Source: Macrostomum lignano (lineage: Eukaryota). Taken from it: a stretch of 64,000 nt of DNA. Shown here piece by piece: positions 11,333-23,207 of the stretch. A model generated the notes under the pieces. The model was not told where the DNA came from. It saw only the letters and a program-made list of their open reading frames with translations, and did no database searches. The DNA lies in NCBI GenBank assembly GCA_002269645.1, contig NIVC01002960.1, positions 64,477 to 128,476 on the forward strand, given 5' to 3'. The translations under genes were made by a program, and so were the position numbers. The first letter of the stretch is position 1. Every line of letters begins with the position of its first letter.

Positions 11333-11872
11333 AGGAGAAGAGAGGAGATGAGAGAAGAGGAGAGGAGAGGAGAGTAGAGGAGAGGAGAGGAGAGGAGAGT
11401 AGAGGAGAGGAGAGGAGAGGAGAGGAGAGGAGAGGAGAGGAGAGTAGAGGAGAGGAGAGGAGAGGAGAGGAGAGGAGAGGAGAGGAGAGGAGAGGAGAGA
11501 GAGGAGAGGAGAGAAGAGAGGGAGAGGAGAGGAGAGAAGAGGAGAGGAGAGGAGAGGAGAGGAGAGGAGAGGAGAGGAGAGGAGAGGAGAGGAGAGGAGA
11601 GGAGAGGAGAGGAGAGGAGAGGAGAGGAGAGGAGAGAGGAGAGGAGAGGAGAGGAGAGGAGAGGAGAGGAGAGGAGAGGAGAGGAGAGGAGAGGAGAGGA
11701 GAGGAGAGGAGAGGAGAGGAGAGGAGAGGAGAGGAGAGGAGAGGAGAGGAGAGGAGAGGAGAGGAGAGGAGAGGAGAGGAGAGGAGAGGAGAGGAGAGGA
11801 GAGGAGAGGAGAGGAGAGGAGAGAGAGAGGAGAGGAGAGGAGAGGAGAGGAGAGGAGAGGAGAGGAGGGAGA
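11333..11872. repeat. (AGAGG)n microsatellite
   Basis: Direct reading. Confidence 0.97.
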
Positions 11873-11959
11873 AGATAGCTAAGAAGAGACATTAACAATA
11901 AGCGGACCGAATTGGTATTGTGAAGTTTCAAAGGACACGTAGAGAGGCTTTGCGGTCCG

Positions 11960-12210
11960 TATGTGGCCGCCCTGGGTCAGAGCGTCGGACTCGCGGCTTG
12001 AAGGTCAGGGGTTCGATTCCTGATCCCACTGGAACAATTTGTGTCCTTGAGCAAGACACTTGACTCTGCATTGCTTCAGTTCATCCAGCTGTAAATTGGG
12101 TGCCATCATTAGCTGAGGTAATTGAGGGCGTGTGTGGTGACCCCCAGTCCTTGGACTAAACAGCCGTACGCAGCCTTCAGATGTATTCAATTATTATTAT
12201 TATTATTACT
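11960..12210 (+). mobile_element. tRNA-derived SINE family A, copy 1 (CORE-like centre, (TTA)n tail)
   Basis: B-box GGTTCGATTCC at about 12010-12020; alignable with 14475-14662 and 19216-19524; ends in ATT repeats. Confidence 0.8.
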
Positions 12211-12829
12211 TGTATTATAATTTGATCAACCAAAATTTGCCAGTTATTTCACTGAAGCCCTCAGCACACCTGTGCAGCGATTCGCGTGACTGCGGCCGGC
12301 ATAAATAAACTGCAGAATTGCAAATCTCGAGCCGCATTGCTTTGCATAAAGCCGGGCCCGCCGAGCTTCCAACTGAGGGCAGTGGCGGTGGCAAATGCCC
12401 GCCTGTAACAAAACACCCCGCCATGCTAATTAACCTGCGCTGTGCTGGCGTATCAGCCTCTCCGCTGTGGGAACCAGAAACTCTGTAATTGAAGACTCTC
12501 AATCTTGCATTTTCGAGGTGCGAATGTAGCCATCAGGCTTCAAGAGCTGCTCCAATCAAGATTAATGACTCTAGAAATGGTGAAGTCTAGTGCAAAACTG
12601 CTGGCCCAACAGCCAACCAACTGGACTGCAACAAATTACAAGTATTTCTGCTGTTACAATAACTCGTAAAATTCGTAATTGTTAGTAAAATCTAGTAAAA
12701 TTTCTACATGCACTGGATTTCTGGTCAACTGCGCATTGAAACAGGCAGCTGGAAGAAGCTGGAATTTGGGCGACTTCATTATTTTTACTTCTTTACTTTC
12801 ATTGCTTTCTACTATGAGTAGTGCAGTGA

Positions 12830-12975
12830 GAATTGTTCTGCCGTATGGATAGCTTTATTAGGGACAGGGGCTGGGTGCACTCTGGCGCACATTGTTACAC
12901 AACCGGCGAGAGGCATTACTGCCCATTCCGCCGACTCCCCTGAGCAGGCACACAAGCGAGCGGATACGTACGCAG
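12830..12975 (-). mobile_element. 3' fragment of SINE family B
   Basis: Reverse complement aligns with about 38035-38160. Confidence 0.75.
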
Positions 12976-12981
12976 TCAAAG

Positions 12982-13191
<210 letters not shown>

Positions 13192-13843
13192 GCCTCCCAA
13201 AAGCCACTTCAATGTGATTGACAGAAATGAAAAATTTAAATGAGGTGTTGGAAACTAGAAGGGTGATCGATATGTGAGCTCAATAAGTGACCGATGGGAG
13301 ATCGGTTGATTCGAAGCCAGCAGAAGCCAGAAATCTAAGAAATGCTTTAACAAACTGGCAATTTTTGCACCCGGCAGCTCTGCACACTCGCCCGAGCGCC
13401 CCACCCAGATCGATCCGCTGCCAGCCCGAACGGGTGAACAGCCTGCAGATTATTTTCAGCCACTCCCCGGCCCTTCAGTGCCAGCTGGATCTGCGCCGCC
13501 TTGCCTTCCCAGAGACGCAAAGAATCGCGGCAAAGGTTGCGCCAGCCGTCCACTCCGCCAATTGCACTACGTCGTAGCAGCCAGACCAAATCTGGCGGGG
13601 GGGGGGGTTCTTCCCTCATCCCTCTCGGGTCCGCAGGCCCTTGATCCCTGTGTAAGCACGAACTGTTAGTAGGCGCTTTTGTTCGCGACCCCTAGCGGGG
13701 TTTTAGCAGGCGGGCAGAGCGGCTAAAAAGGGGATTTCTGCACGAATTTGAGAGTGCAGACACCTGGAAGCTCTCCGGGACCGCCGATCTTCGTCTGACT
13801 CACTGGGCAGCCACTCTACCAGTGTTTAAAGTTCTCGTGTGTC

Positions 13844-15078
13844 ATGCCGCTGGCGGCTCTCTGGAGTTGCCGTGGCTCCAAAAAGCGGCAGCGGAAAGAG
13901 CAGCAGCAGCAACATGGAGGCAAGGATCCCACTGCCACCTCCCGCGAGGCTGAGGTACCCGAGGATGTCGACTTGACCGAAGCTCTGGCCGACGAAGAGA
14001 TCGCCGAGTGCGTGCAGACTTTCAACACATTCGACTACGACAACGACGGACGCATAAGCATGAAGGAGCTTGGCAACATCCTGCGCTGCCTTGGATACGG
14101 CTGCTCTCGGGCAGAGCTCAAGGTGAACTATCTTGGTATATAGTTGACAATATTCCTAGAGCCGCAAGGAATACTATGGTAGTCTCTAGGTGAGACAAGT
14201 CTAAACTCTACAGAGCCTTACCTGCCGAGCGTTCCTCCAGACCACAGAATTGTCCAGACAGAATCCTCCAGACCACAGAATTGTCCAGACAGAATCCTCC
14301 AGACCACAGAATTGTCCAGACAGAATCCTCCAGATCACAGAATTGTCCAGACAGAATCCTCCAGACCACAGAATTGTCCAGACAGAATCCTCCAGACCAC
14401 AGAATTGTCCAGACAGAATCCTCCAGATCACAGAATTGTCCAGACAGAATCCTCCAGACCATATCCAGACCAGATTCCGGATTCCACTGGAACAATTTAT
14501 GTCCTTGATTAGCTGGGGTATTTGAGGCTGTGTGTGGGACCCCCCTGACCATGGACTGAACAGCCGTACGCAGCCTTCAGATGCGCCGCTTCAGCTGCGG
14601 CTGATCTGTCGGTTGCACATCTGGCCCAATCGGAGCTGGTGTAATCAGTTATTATTATATTACTGGGTTGCAGAATTCACTGCAGAGGTCTCTGGATGTT
14701 TTTGAGTGGTAAGAATTCCCGCAAAACTCGAAACTTGGGCCTCAGAGTGCAGCCCTGCTCCCGCAGGAGATGTTCGCCGGCATTGACAAGAACGGAAACG
14801 GCTTCATTGACCTGCAGGAGTTCCTCGGCCTCGTGGGCCTCGGGCAGCTTCGCCACCGGCAGCAGACGGACCGCCAGCTGGCGAAGGCCTTCCGAGTCTT
14901 CGACGCCGACCGAGACGGCTTCATTGGCCCGGCGGAGCTGCGGGCTGCCCTGCGCCGCCTGTTGAAGCCCGCTGAGGTCACCGACCGACTGGTGGACGAC
15001 ATGATTCGCGGCGCTGACCGTGACGGCGACGGACGCGTCTCCTTTGCCGAGTTCGTCGGCATCGTCAGCCCGCGGTAG
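13844..15078 (+). CDS. Calmodulin-like protein with 4 EF-hands and an N-terminal extension, 196 aa
   Basis: Exons 13844-14122 (AAG|GTGAAC) and 14767-15078 (CCGCAG|GAG). EF loops DYDNDGRISMKE, DKNGNGFIDLQE, DADRDGFIGPAE, DRDGDGRVSFAE. Confidence 0.92.
14233..14465. repeat. 31-bp minisatellite in the calmodulin-like intron
   Basis: About 7 units of CAGAATCCTCCAGACCACAGAATTGTCCAGA. Confidence 0.95.
14475..14662 (+). mobile_element. SINE family A, copy 2 (5'-truncated, internally deleted)
   Basis: Shares CCACTGGAACAATTT and GGACTGAACAGCCGTACGCAGCCTTCAGATGCGCCGC with the other copies; TTA tail. Confidence 0.75.
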
Positions 15079-15892
15079 CCGGAGCCATTGTGGATCGAGG
15101 CCAGCTGAGAGCTGGGGAATGCGGCCCAGTTTCTTGCCTTCCATCTGAAGAGCCCAATGACTCCACAAGCTGATATTGGTTGCACTCGTAGTTAAAATTT
15201 AGCGCTGTTTTTGCTGTACAGTACAGAATTCTTGGATCGCGTGCGTGCGGATGTCATTGCCCCAGGCTGCTGCGAGAAATTTGCTTAAAAACAAACACTT
15301 TTTGTTGTCTCGATGAACTGCTGAGTTTTTTGCTAAGTTTACTCACTTCTCGCTTGTTGGGACGCAGAAGAAGAAATCTATGCACTGTATCAGTGGGTAA
15401 ATTCGCCCACTGTGCATCAGCCCTAACCCAAGGCAGATACTCAAGCCTGCTTAGTTTCTCACCGATTGGACATGGAGACATTTTGGGCTCTGTGAAGTCC
15501 TCTACTGACTCTACTCAGATGTAGATATGACCTCAGTGTAAAATTCTGGTACTACTTAGGATGCTCCGTCAATCTTCGTCCCCCGCGAGCTCGCAGACAA
15601 CTCGGTGTACAATTGGCATATGTCTCGGGGCAGAGAAGTACAACTCAGGCTCAGGCGCAAACAATGAGAACTTCAAGGCGTCCATATTTCTTGCACTCAG
15701 AGCTTCTCAACAGCAGCGAAGGAAGAGGAGGCGAGGTTCGCTACCGAAACTTGAAAAACTTTGCCTACATAATTTCTATCAAGGGGACGAAAATAACGAA
15801 AATGAAACAGTCGGATGGTTGAAGCTGTGTTAGCTAACAACTGCTCAAAACGCTGAATTTCTCAAATCACTCCAAAACTCCAATCATCAAAA

Positions 15893-17374
15893 ATGCGAGC
15901 AAGTCAAGCAGTCACCGTCGCTCACATCGCGGTGCTGCTGACGATGCGCTGCTGCCTGAAGGTTATGGAGTACCAGTTCATCACACTGGCCGCAGCAAGC
16001 TCCAATGCCAGCACCGCCACCGAGGGAGTGGCGGAGTCGGCCTCGCCGATGTCCTGGATGTACACCTGCCGCTTTTTGCTAGGCGCTCTGGGCGGCCTGG
16101 TGGCCTGCTGGATCGGCCACGTGCGCACCCTGCAGCTGGGCGGCTGCGTCCTGCTGGCATCGGCTGGCGCCATGGCCGGCGCCGTGTACACCGACCAGTG
16201 GCGCCCGGACTCCGGCGCCGCGCTGACCGCCTGCGCCCTCATGCTGGTCTACAACGGCCTGGTGATCCCCAACGTGATGTACGCAGTGCTGAGCAAGCGG
16301 ACGAGGCCGCAGCGCCGCACGGTGCTCTGCGCGCTCGTCTACATGTCCTCCGCGGCCGGCCTGTTTGTGGGCATCCAGGTGCAGCACCTGCTGACCAACC
16401 CGAGCGTTGGCAAACACTGCAGCCTTGTCTGGCTGGCCTTCGCCCTCGCCTTTGCCGCGCTCGCCTTCCTAGCGCTGCCGCGGCTCGACGGAGCAGCCGC
16501 GATGGCACCGAGCTCCGGGCAGCTCGACACGGCTCCGCCGCCGCCGTTTTCGAAGCTGCTGTGCGACTGCGGGCACGTCCTGCTGCCGACTTGGAGCCGT
16601 CTGAAGCGCAGCTGCATTGTCTTCGGGACGCTGATCCCCTTCCTGGTGGGTCTGTGCGATGACCGGTCCTCGGCCTTCAACGCGCAGCGGGCGCTGCAGC
16701 CGCTCATCGCCAACTCCAGCGGAGGTAACTCCGGAAATGACCGATTGAGCGATTCGCTGGATAGTGCGCTGCTGGCAGTCAGCCTGGTGGCCGTCAACGG
16801 AGGTCTGATGGTCGCCGCCTGCTGCCTGCGCGGTCGCAGACGTCTCCCAGTGCAGCCGCGGCTCCTGGCGGGCATCGTCATGGAGGCGGCCCTGGAGCTG
16901 GCGCTGGCGGCAGTCAGTGGCGTTGGGCTGGCCGACCCTGTGGCCGTGTCCGCGCTGTACACCGCTTCTACAGTGGTGGACGCGACCGCCGCCGCGCTGA
17001 CGATGGTGGCCGCCTACGAGCTGATGGACAGCTTTGAGCGGGACGCCGCAATGCCACTGATTTTCGGCATCATGCTGACTGTGTGGGGTCTCGCGAACCT
17101 GGCCAGCCGCTGTATTGTCACGATCTGCCGCCGCCTGCCGCCCGACAACCCGATCCTGCAGCCGAGCGCCGGCAAGCCGCCTCTGCTGTTCGTCTACCAC
17201 TCGCTGCTGCTGGCGCTGCTGCTGCTGAGCCTCGCCTTCTGGCGGCTGTTCGCCCTGCGGCTTGCCCGCTCGCTGCAGGTTATATATGAGGACGAGGTGC
17301 CAGAAGCTTCCGCCGGCCCCGTCAACGATAGCGACGGGGAGAACCGGCCGCTGCTGGACCCCGCCATCAACTGA
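15893..17374 (+). CDS. Intronless multi-pass MFS-fold transporter, divergent SLC15/POT(PTR2)-like, 493 aa
   Basis: Long GC-biased ORF with 11-12 hydrophobic segments. Segments LGALGGLVACWIGHVRTL, IPFLVGLCDDRSSAFNAQ and MPLIFGIMLTVWGLANL resemble POT-family motifs as recalled. The family call is tentative. Confidence 0.75.
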   Translation: MRASQAVTVAHIAVLLTMRCCLKVMEYQFITLAAASSNASTATEGVAESASPMSWMYTCRFLLGALGGLVACWIGHVRTLQLGGCVLLASAGAMAGAVYTDQWRPDSGAALTACALMLVYNGLVIPNVMYAVLSKRTRPQRRTVLCALVYMSSAAGLFVGIQVQHLLTNPSVGKHCSLVWLAFALAFAALAFLALPRLDGAAAMAPSSGQLDTAPPPPFSKLLCDCGHVLLPTWSRLKRSCIVFGTLIPFLVGLCDDRSSAFNAQRALQPLIANSSGGNSGNDRLSDSLDSALLAVSLVAVNGGLMVAACCLRGRRRLPVQPRLLAGIVMEAALELALAAVSGVGLADPVAVSALYTASTVVDATAAALTMVAAYELMDSFERDAAMPLIFGIMLTVWGLANLASRCIVTICRRLPPDNPILQPSAGKPPLLFVYHSLLLALLLLSLAFWRLFALRLARSLQVIYEDEVPEASAGPVNDSDGENRPLLDPAIN

Positions 17375-17837
17375 TGGGTGTCGGCGATGGAATCATAACC
17401 GGCTACACATGTAATAATTGACCATTCGTAGGCTTTCTCAAGACCTACTTAGGACTTTACGAACTTTAAGAGATATCTTGCTCACATCGAAATCGCGCGC
17501 ACAGAATTTGCGCAACCTATTTTAACAATTTTTGAACTCTCTTCACCGGTTACCCCAGTAGCCACATGGAATCAGTCTGCAAAACTGAGGTCCAGATCGC
17601 TCAAAGTCTCAGGTCATGCATTATGCTGGGCCGCTACAGTTGATTGATATAATGAATAAGTAAACATATTTTTCGATAAAAAGCTCCACACAGCAATACT
17701 TTCGTTTTCATTTAACTTCTGTGAAGATTACCCTAGCCATTCTAACATAGCGAACTGTAAACACCTTCTGACAATGGTTTATTTAGTCATGAACAACTCC
17801 GAAATATGAACTAAATGTATTAATCAAGATGTAGAAC

Positions 17838-20800
17838 TCAGATGCGTTTCGCTGCATATCTCCGCGGCGTTGAGCGCTGAGCTCCTGACGATCGTCGAGA
17901 CTGCGTTCGACGCCGCAACAGAAACACAAGAGCCACCACGATGAGGATGAGCACCATGACTCCGATGCTTACGATCAGCCAGACCCACCAGTTGACTCCG
18001 GCAGAGGTGAAAACTGTTCTGGCTTCACTGCTACTCCTGCACATGGTGACCCCCGGCGGGCAGATGCACTCGAATCCCAGGTTGACGCCCGTCGCCCGGC
18101 ACGACCCGCCGCTCGGGCAGCTGATGTTGAACTTGCTGCACGGGTTCACGGCAACGCAGCTCTTGCCCGCGTCTCTCTCCTGTCCTGCTGGACACTCGCA
18201 GGTCATCTTGCCCCAGAGTCTGCGACAGACTTCCGTTGACGGACAGTCGCAGGGAGGCGTCAGGTCCACACCGTCGGAACCGACTCTGGCATCGCTGGCC
18301 AGCACTGGCGTGATGAAGCCCCCTGTGGCCTCATTGATAGACCGATCTGCAGCATCCGTAGTTGTAGACATGTACGTGCCGGAGACGCGGATGTTCCGCA
18401 GCCAGCCTGAGCGAATTCAGTGGAGAGGTGCTAATTGGTTAAACCAAGGTAGGAAACTGACACACTGGCACAGGCACTGACTTACTGTTGGCGATCTGAG
18501 CCGTCAAGTCCAAATTCGAGAGGTCGGCCACGGTTCGGCCCAGGTCGTGCAGCCTGTCGACCCCGTCAACTCTCAGCTTGAGCACGGCTTGCCTGGTGGC
18601 GGCAAACACGGAGTGCCACTCGCCATCGTCGACTCTGATTGGCGGAAACGCGAAGCAGCTGGACGAGTCGATGCAGAGCTGCAGCAAGCCGTCCGAAATC
18701 TGGAGTCAGGGGAGGAAAATATTTGTATAAATTGAAGTTATGAGCTTCTTGGCTTCAGTTTGATAAATTCAGCTCACATCCAAGCTCTGACTCAGAACGG
18801 TTGAACGTGCCGAATTCTTGATGGTGGCATGCAGGACGCCAGTCGATGCACTGACTCGAGTTCGCAGTTCCAACTCAATCGATACGGAGTTTTTATCGCT
18901 TAACTGTAGCGGATTCTTCGGGTTCTCGAACCAAGTGCTTGGATTGCTTGATGCGGTGCTGATTATCAGTGGATCTGCAATTTCAATCAGTTCACTGAAG
19001 TTCAAGTGGGGGTTGTAGCCAGTGGGGGTTGTAGCCAGTGGGGGTTGTAGCCAGTGGGGGTTGTAGCCAGTGGGGGTTGTAGCCAGTGGGGGTTGTGGCC
19101 AGTGGGGGTTGTAGCCAGTGGGGGTTGTAGCCAGTGGGGGTTGTAGCCAGTGGGGGTTGTAGCCAGTGGGGGTTGTAGCCAATGGGGGTTGTGGCCAGTG
19201 GGGGTTGTGGCCAGTGGGGGGTTGTAGCCTAGTACTTAGAGCGTCAGACTCACGACTTGAAGGTCGGGGGTTCGATCCCCGATCCCACTGGAACAATTTG
19301 TGTCCTTGAGCAAGACACTTAACTCTGCATTGCTTCAGTTCACCCAGCTGTAAAATGGGTGCCAGCAATAGCTGGGGTAATTGAAGGCGTGTGGTGACCC
19401 CCCAGTCCTTGGACTGAACAGCCGTACGCAGCCTTCAGATGCGCCGCGCAATAGCTGCTACTGAGCTGTCGGTTGCACATCTGGCCCAATTGGGGCAGGT
19501 GTAACCAATTATATTATTATTATTGTTTACTGAAGTTCAGCTTTGGGTTATCAAGCTATGTGTGAATTCCAAACTCGTCTTACCTTGTGTGCACTCGTTG
19601 GACTGCCGATCTTTCCTGCACTCGGCACTGGAGCCGACCGTCTCAAGCTTCTTTCGCTTCGATCCCAGGCACTGGCAGTTGCAGTCCATCGGATATCCTT
19701 TGCTTTTAGTCACGATCCCATAGCAGACCGACTGCGCTCCGCACACGAATGTGCCGGAGCCGCCGCAGCTGCCGCTTTGAAACTTGCAGTCGTCTTCCAC
19801 CTTGGAGTCCCCGGTTGTCACGGCCCTGCTGGCCTTCGCGTCCACCAAATAGCCGTTCACGGTGACTGATTGCACGCAGCCAGTGAGCGCCTGGCCGATC
19901 TCAAGCCAGAGGTTGGTAAAGTCCGAGACCGAACCACCAGAATTGACGCTCTTGGTCTGGCACTCAAGCGGAATTGGATTGCTTGAGACGCCTGCGAGCT
20001 TCTTTGGGCACAGAACTGCCCGAGTCTGCAATTGGTTGCCAAGTTGGTTCAGCTTTGGTTGATAAGCCGCAGCATGCGAGATTTATCCCAGAAACTCTCA
20101 CCAGCTTTGGAGTCATGAGAATGTGAAAAGTGAACCAGTTCCCTTGGTTAAGGCCTGCAGATGATACATCAAAGCTTTTTCCAAGAAGCAGACTTCCGGC
20201 CACTCTGAGTGTTGTAGTCCGGAAGATCAGCGATGCACTGAGCATTGAACTGCCTGGATTGTTGGGACTCTTCAGCGCCAGCGTCTCGAGGCCGGCTTTT
20301 TCGATTGATCCGGACAGCTCAAATGAGATTTCCAGAGACAGAGCCGAGTGCGGCAGGCCGCCAATCCAGTGGCGAGTGAAGGCCAGACCGGATGACCCGT
20401 GGCTGTAGCTTCTGACCGGGTACTCGCATCGAGGACCCCACGGGGTGTTCGGCGCTAACGGACAGATGCACCTGCAGATTGGCAGAACTTTTTAATCCGG
20501 CTTTGCCAACAGATGCAACTAGCAATCTAGTGCCCCCTTCGGGGCGTCCAATAGCAAGAAACGAAAAGTATTTATGAGAACCTTTTAAAACGAATGCATT
20601 TCTCTTAAAAGCATTCCTATTTCAGTTTAATAAATCACTTTGTTCGAGTAAATTTTTCCCAGTAAGCCTTGACATCTCAGCAATTCCCCAGTAAGCCTTG
20701 ACATCTCAGCAATTCCCCCAGTAAGCCTTGACATCTCAGCAATTCCCCAGTAAGCCTTGACATCTCAGCAATTCCCCAGTAAGCCTTGACATCTCAGCAA

Positions 20801-23207
20801 TTCCCCCAGTAAGCCTTGACATCTCAGCAATTCCCCCAGTAAGCCTTGACATCTCAGCAATTCCCCCAGTAAGCCTTGACATCTCAGCAATTCCCCCAGT
20901 AAGCCTTGACATCTCAGCAATTCCCCAGTAAGCCTTGACATCTCAGCAATTCCCCCAGTAAGCCTTGACATCTCAGCAATTCCCCCAGTAAGCCTTGACA
21001 TCTCAGCAATTCCCCCAGTAAGCCTTGACATCTCAGCAATTCCCCCAGTAAGCCTTGACATCTCAGCAATTCCCCCAGTAAGCCTTGACATCTCAGCAAT
21101 TCCCCCAGTAAGCCTTGACATCTCAGCAATTCCCCAGTAAGCCTTGACATCTCAGCAATTCCCCCCTACATATCAGAGACAGCAATGAGAAGGGATATAC
21201 GCTATCAACTTGGAAAGCTTATCGGCACCTGCGTCAATACTCCGGCATAATGTTTTCGAGACTTCTCTTTGAAAAGCTGAAAAATAACATTCGTGCAGAA
21301 AATCTAAGAAAGCGGGCAGAACAGTCTTTAGCCACGCCTGTGCTTGAGAGCCGCCTGAATTCACCTGAACCCGAAGCCAGTGAAGTTGGCATCGCAGACT
21401 CCGCCGTTCAGGCAAGTGGCCGGCCCGCACGGCTCTGCGCTCATCTGCTCCGCTGTCTGAGCCGTCCAGCTCAGCCCGAATCCCAGGAAGTTCGAGTCGC
21501 TGTTGAGCTGCACCACAGCCGGATGCACCGATGGAAGCGAGCTGCTCGAAAAGCGCAGGCGACTGCGGCACAGCTGAGCGGACTCAGCGGGACACCGGTC
21601 CGGCATCACCTGGACTCCGCTACTCGCTCCAGTTTCGGTCTTCACCAGCTCGTACGCCTCCCAGAGGGCCAAGTAGGAGCTGGTGCCGACCTTCGGTATG
21701 AGCAGGGACACCTCTGAGGTGTCGGCGGCCGGCTGCAGCTGAGAGACGAGGCGAGCCGACAGCCGACTCTTGAGTCTGGCCACCAGACTGCTGATGGGGT
21801 CTCGAGAACCTGTTTAATAATAGGCAAGCAGTGCGGGTGCCGATAATCGAGTTTGAAAATTAGCATTAGCTATTTATACTGGCAGCTCCATACCAGCAAT
21901 GAAGATGGCGCTGTCAATGACGCTCAGTGGCAGGCTGGAGACTCGCAAATTCAACTGATGAGATACAGTTCCAGCTTTCACCTGCACCACGTGTACGCCA
22001 TTCTTTAGGTCGGGAGGCCTGAGCACGAGTCTGTTGGGTGTGGAGCTCTTGTCAACGGTGAACTTGGTCGCAACGTCGCCTGCGCCGATCACTCTGTCCA
22101 TCCTGTCTACGCTCGATATTCTCAGGTAGGCGGCGCCGTACTTTCTGAAGTTGGCATCTGCGCGTTGACGGAGAGGGAGCGCAACGTTTTGATTTGTTTT
22201 AGCTGGTCGCACGGTTGCACAAAAAGTAATTAAGGGTGGGATGTGGGCACCCTGGATCAATGCTTCCGGTAAAATCGTCCCACAACCAGCGGTGGGGCGA
22301 TTCTTCCCATTGCACTGACCTCCTGAGCACGCGCTGTGCTGTCCCAAGTGGATCAGGCGAGGGGAGAGGGGGACATGTTCAGTAAAGGCTATGGGGGGAC
22401 ATGCCAATGCGTTGTCCCCCCACCCGACCTCCTGACCCGTTGTGTGCGGCGCTAAAAATAGTGCCTGCGGAGCTAAAGGGAATGCCTGCGGCGCTAAATG
22501 AGTGCCTGCGGCGCCAAAATGACTTCCTGCGGCGCCTAAATGAGTACCTGCAGCGCCAAAATGAGTGCCTGCGGCGCCTAAATGAGTGCCTGCGGCGCCT
22601 AAATGAGTGCCTGCGGCGCCTAAATGAGTGCCTTTGGCGCCAAAATGAGTACCTGCAGCGCCTAAATGAGTACCTGCGGCGCCTAAATGAGTACCTGCGG
22701 CGCCAAAATGAGTGCCTACGGCGCCAAAATGAGTGCCTGCGCAGCTAAAAGGAATGCCTGCGGCGCCAAAATGAGTGCCTGCGGCTCCAAAATGAGTGCC
22801 TGCGGAGCTAAAAGGAATGCCTGTGGCGCCAAAATGAGCGCTGACAACACCGATTCTCAAAATATGAGTAATGGACATTGTGGAATTTGGTCATGTATAT
22901 GTACATGTTGAATTCTTGGCTTCATCCCCCCACCTTAAAATCCATGGCGACGCCCCTGATGTGGATACTGCACGCAGGCGCGCTCTCATAGACACGCTTC
23001 CACAGGGTGTACAGCAGACCTCACTTCTTAATCGTCAGGCGTGTGCACTCTCTGCGCCCGAGGGATTGGCCCTCAAAGATGTGTACGTTCAACAGGAGGC
23101 TGGCACTCACCATCTGGCAGCAAGACTTCAACTTCAGCTTTGTCGCAGTAGGCACTGGCGAGCACCGCCAGCAGGATGGCTGCAACTGCAGGCCCGTACC
23201 GGAGCAT
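17838..23207 (-). CDS. Tandem paralog of the cadherin-repeat-less cadherin, with a short non-cadherin tail, 874 aa
   Basis: Exons 23207-23111, 22157-21894, 21809-21365, 20471-20102, 20052-19584, 18974-18778, 18699-18486, 18406-17838 sum to 2625 nt, in frame. Intron positions match copy 1. Signal peptide MLRYGPAVAAILLAVLASAYC; TM followed by RRRTQ...YAAKRI-stop; AATAAA on the minus strand at 17778-17783. Confidence 0.85.
19005..19215. repeat. 16-bp minisatellite AGTGGGGGTTGTAGCC derived from the SINE 5' end
   Basis: About 13 units running directly into the SINE head GGGGGTTGTAGCCTAG. Confidence 0.9.
19216..19524 (+). mobile_element. SINE family A, copy 3 (most complete), in intron 5 of cadherin paralog 2
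   Basis: tRNA-like head, B-box GGTTCGATCCC at 19269-19279, CORE-like block at 19297-19359, (TTA)n tail. TSD GTT[C/T]ACTGAAGTTCA at 18990-19004 and 19525-19539. Confidence 0.85.
20657..21168. repeat. 29-30 bp minisatellite in intron 3 of paralog 2
   Basis: About 17 units of CCCCCAGTAAGCCTTGACATCTCAGCAATT. Confidence 0.95.
22445..22840. repeat. 21-bp minisatellite in intron 1 of paralog 2
   Basis: Units like GCGGCGCCTAAATGAGTGCCT. Confidence 0.9.

Noticed and set aside
11960-12030. tRNA gene (also at 19216 and 37811)
   Set aside because: A/B-box-like heads run into shared SINE bodies with simple-repeat tails and TSDs; no full cloverleaf.
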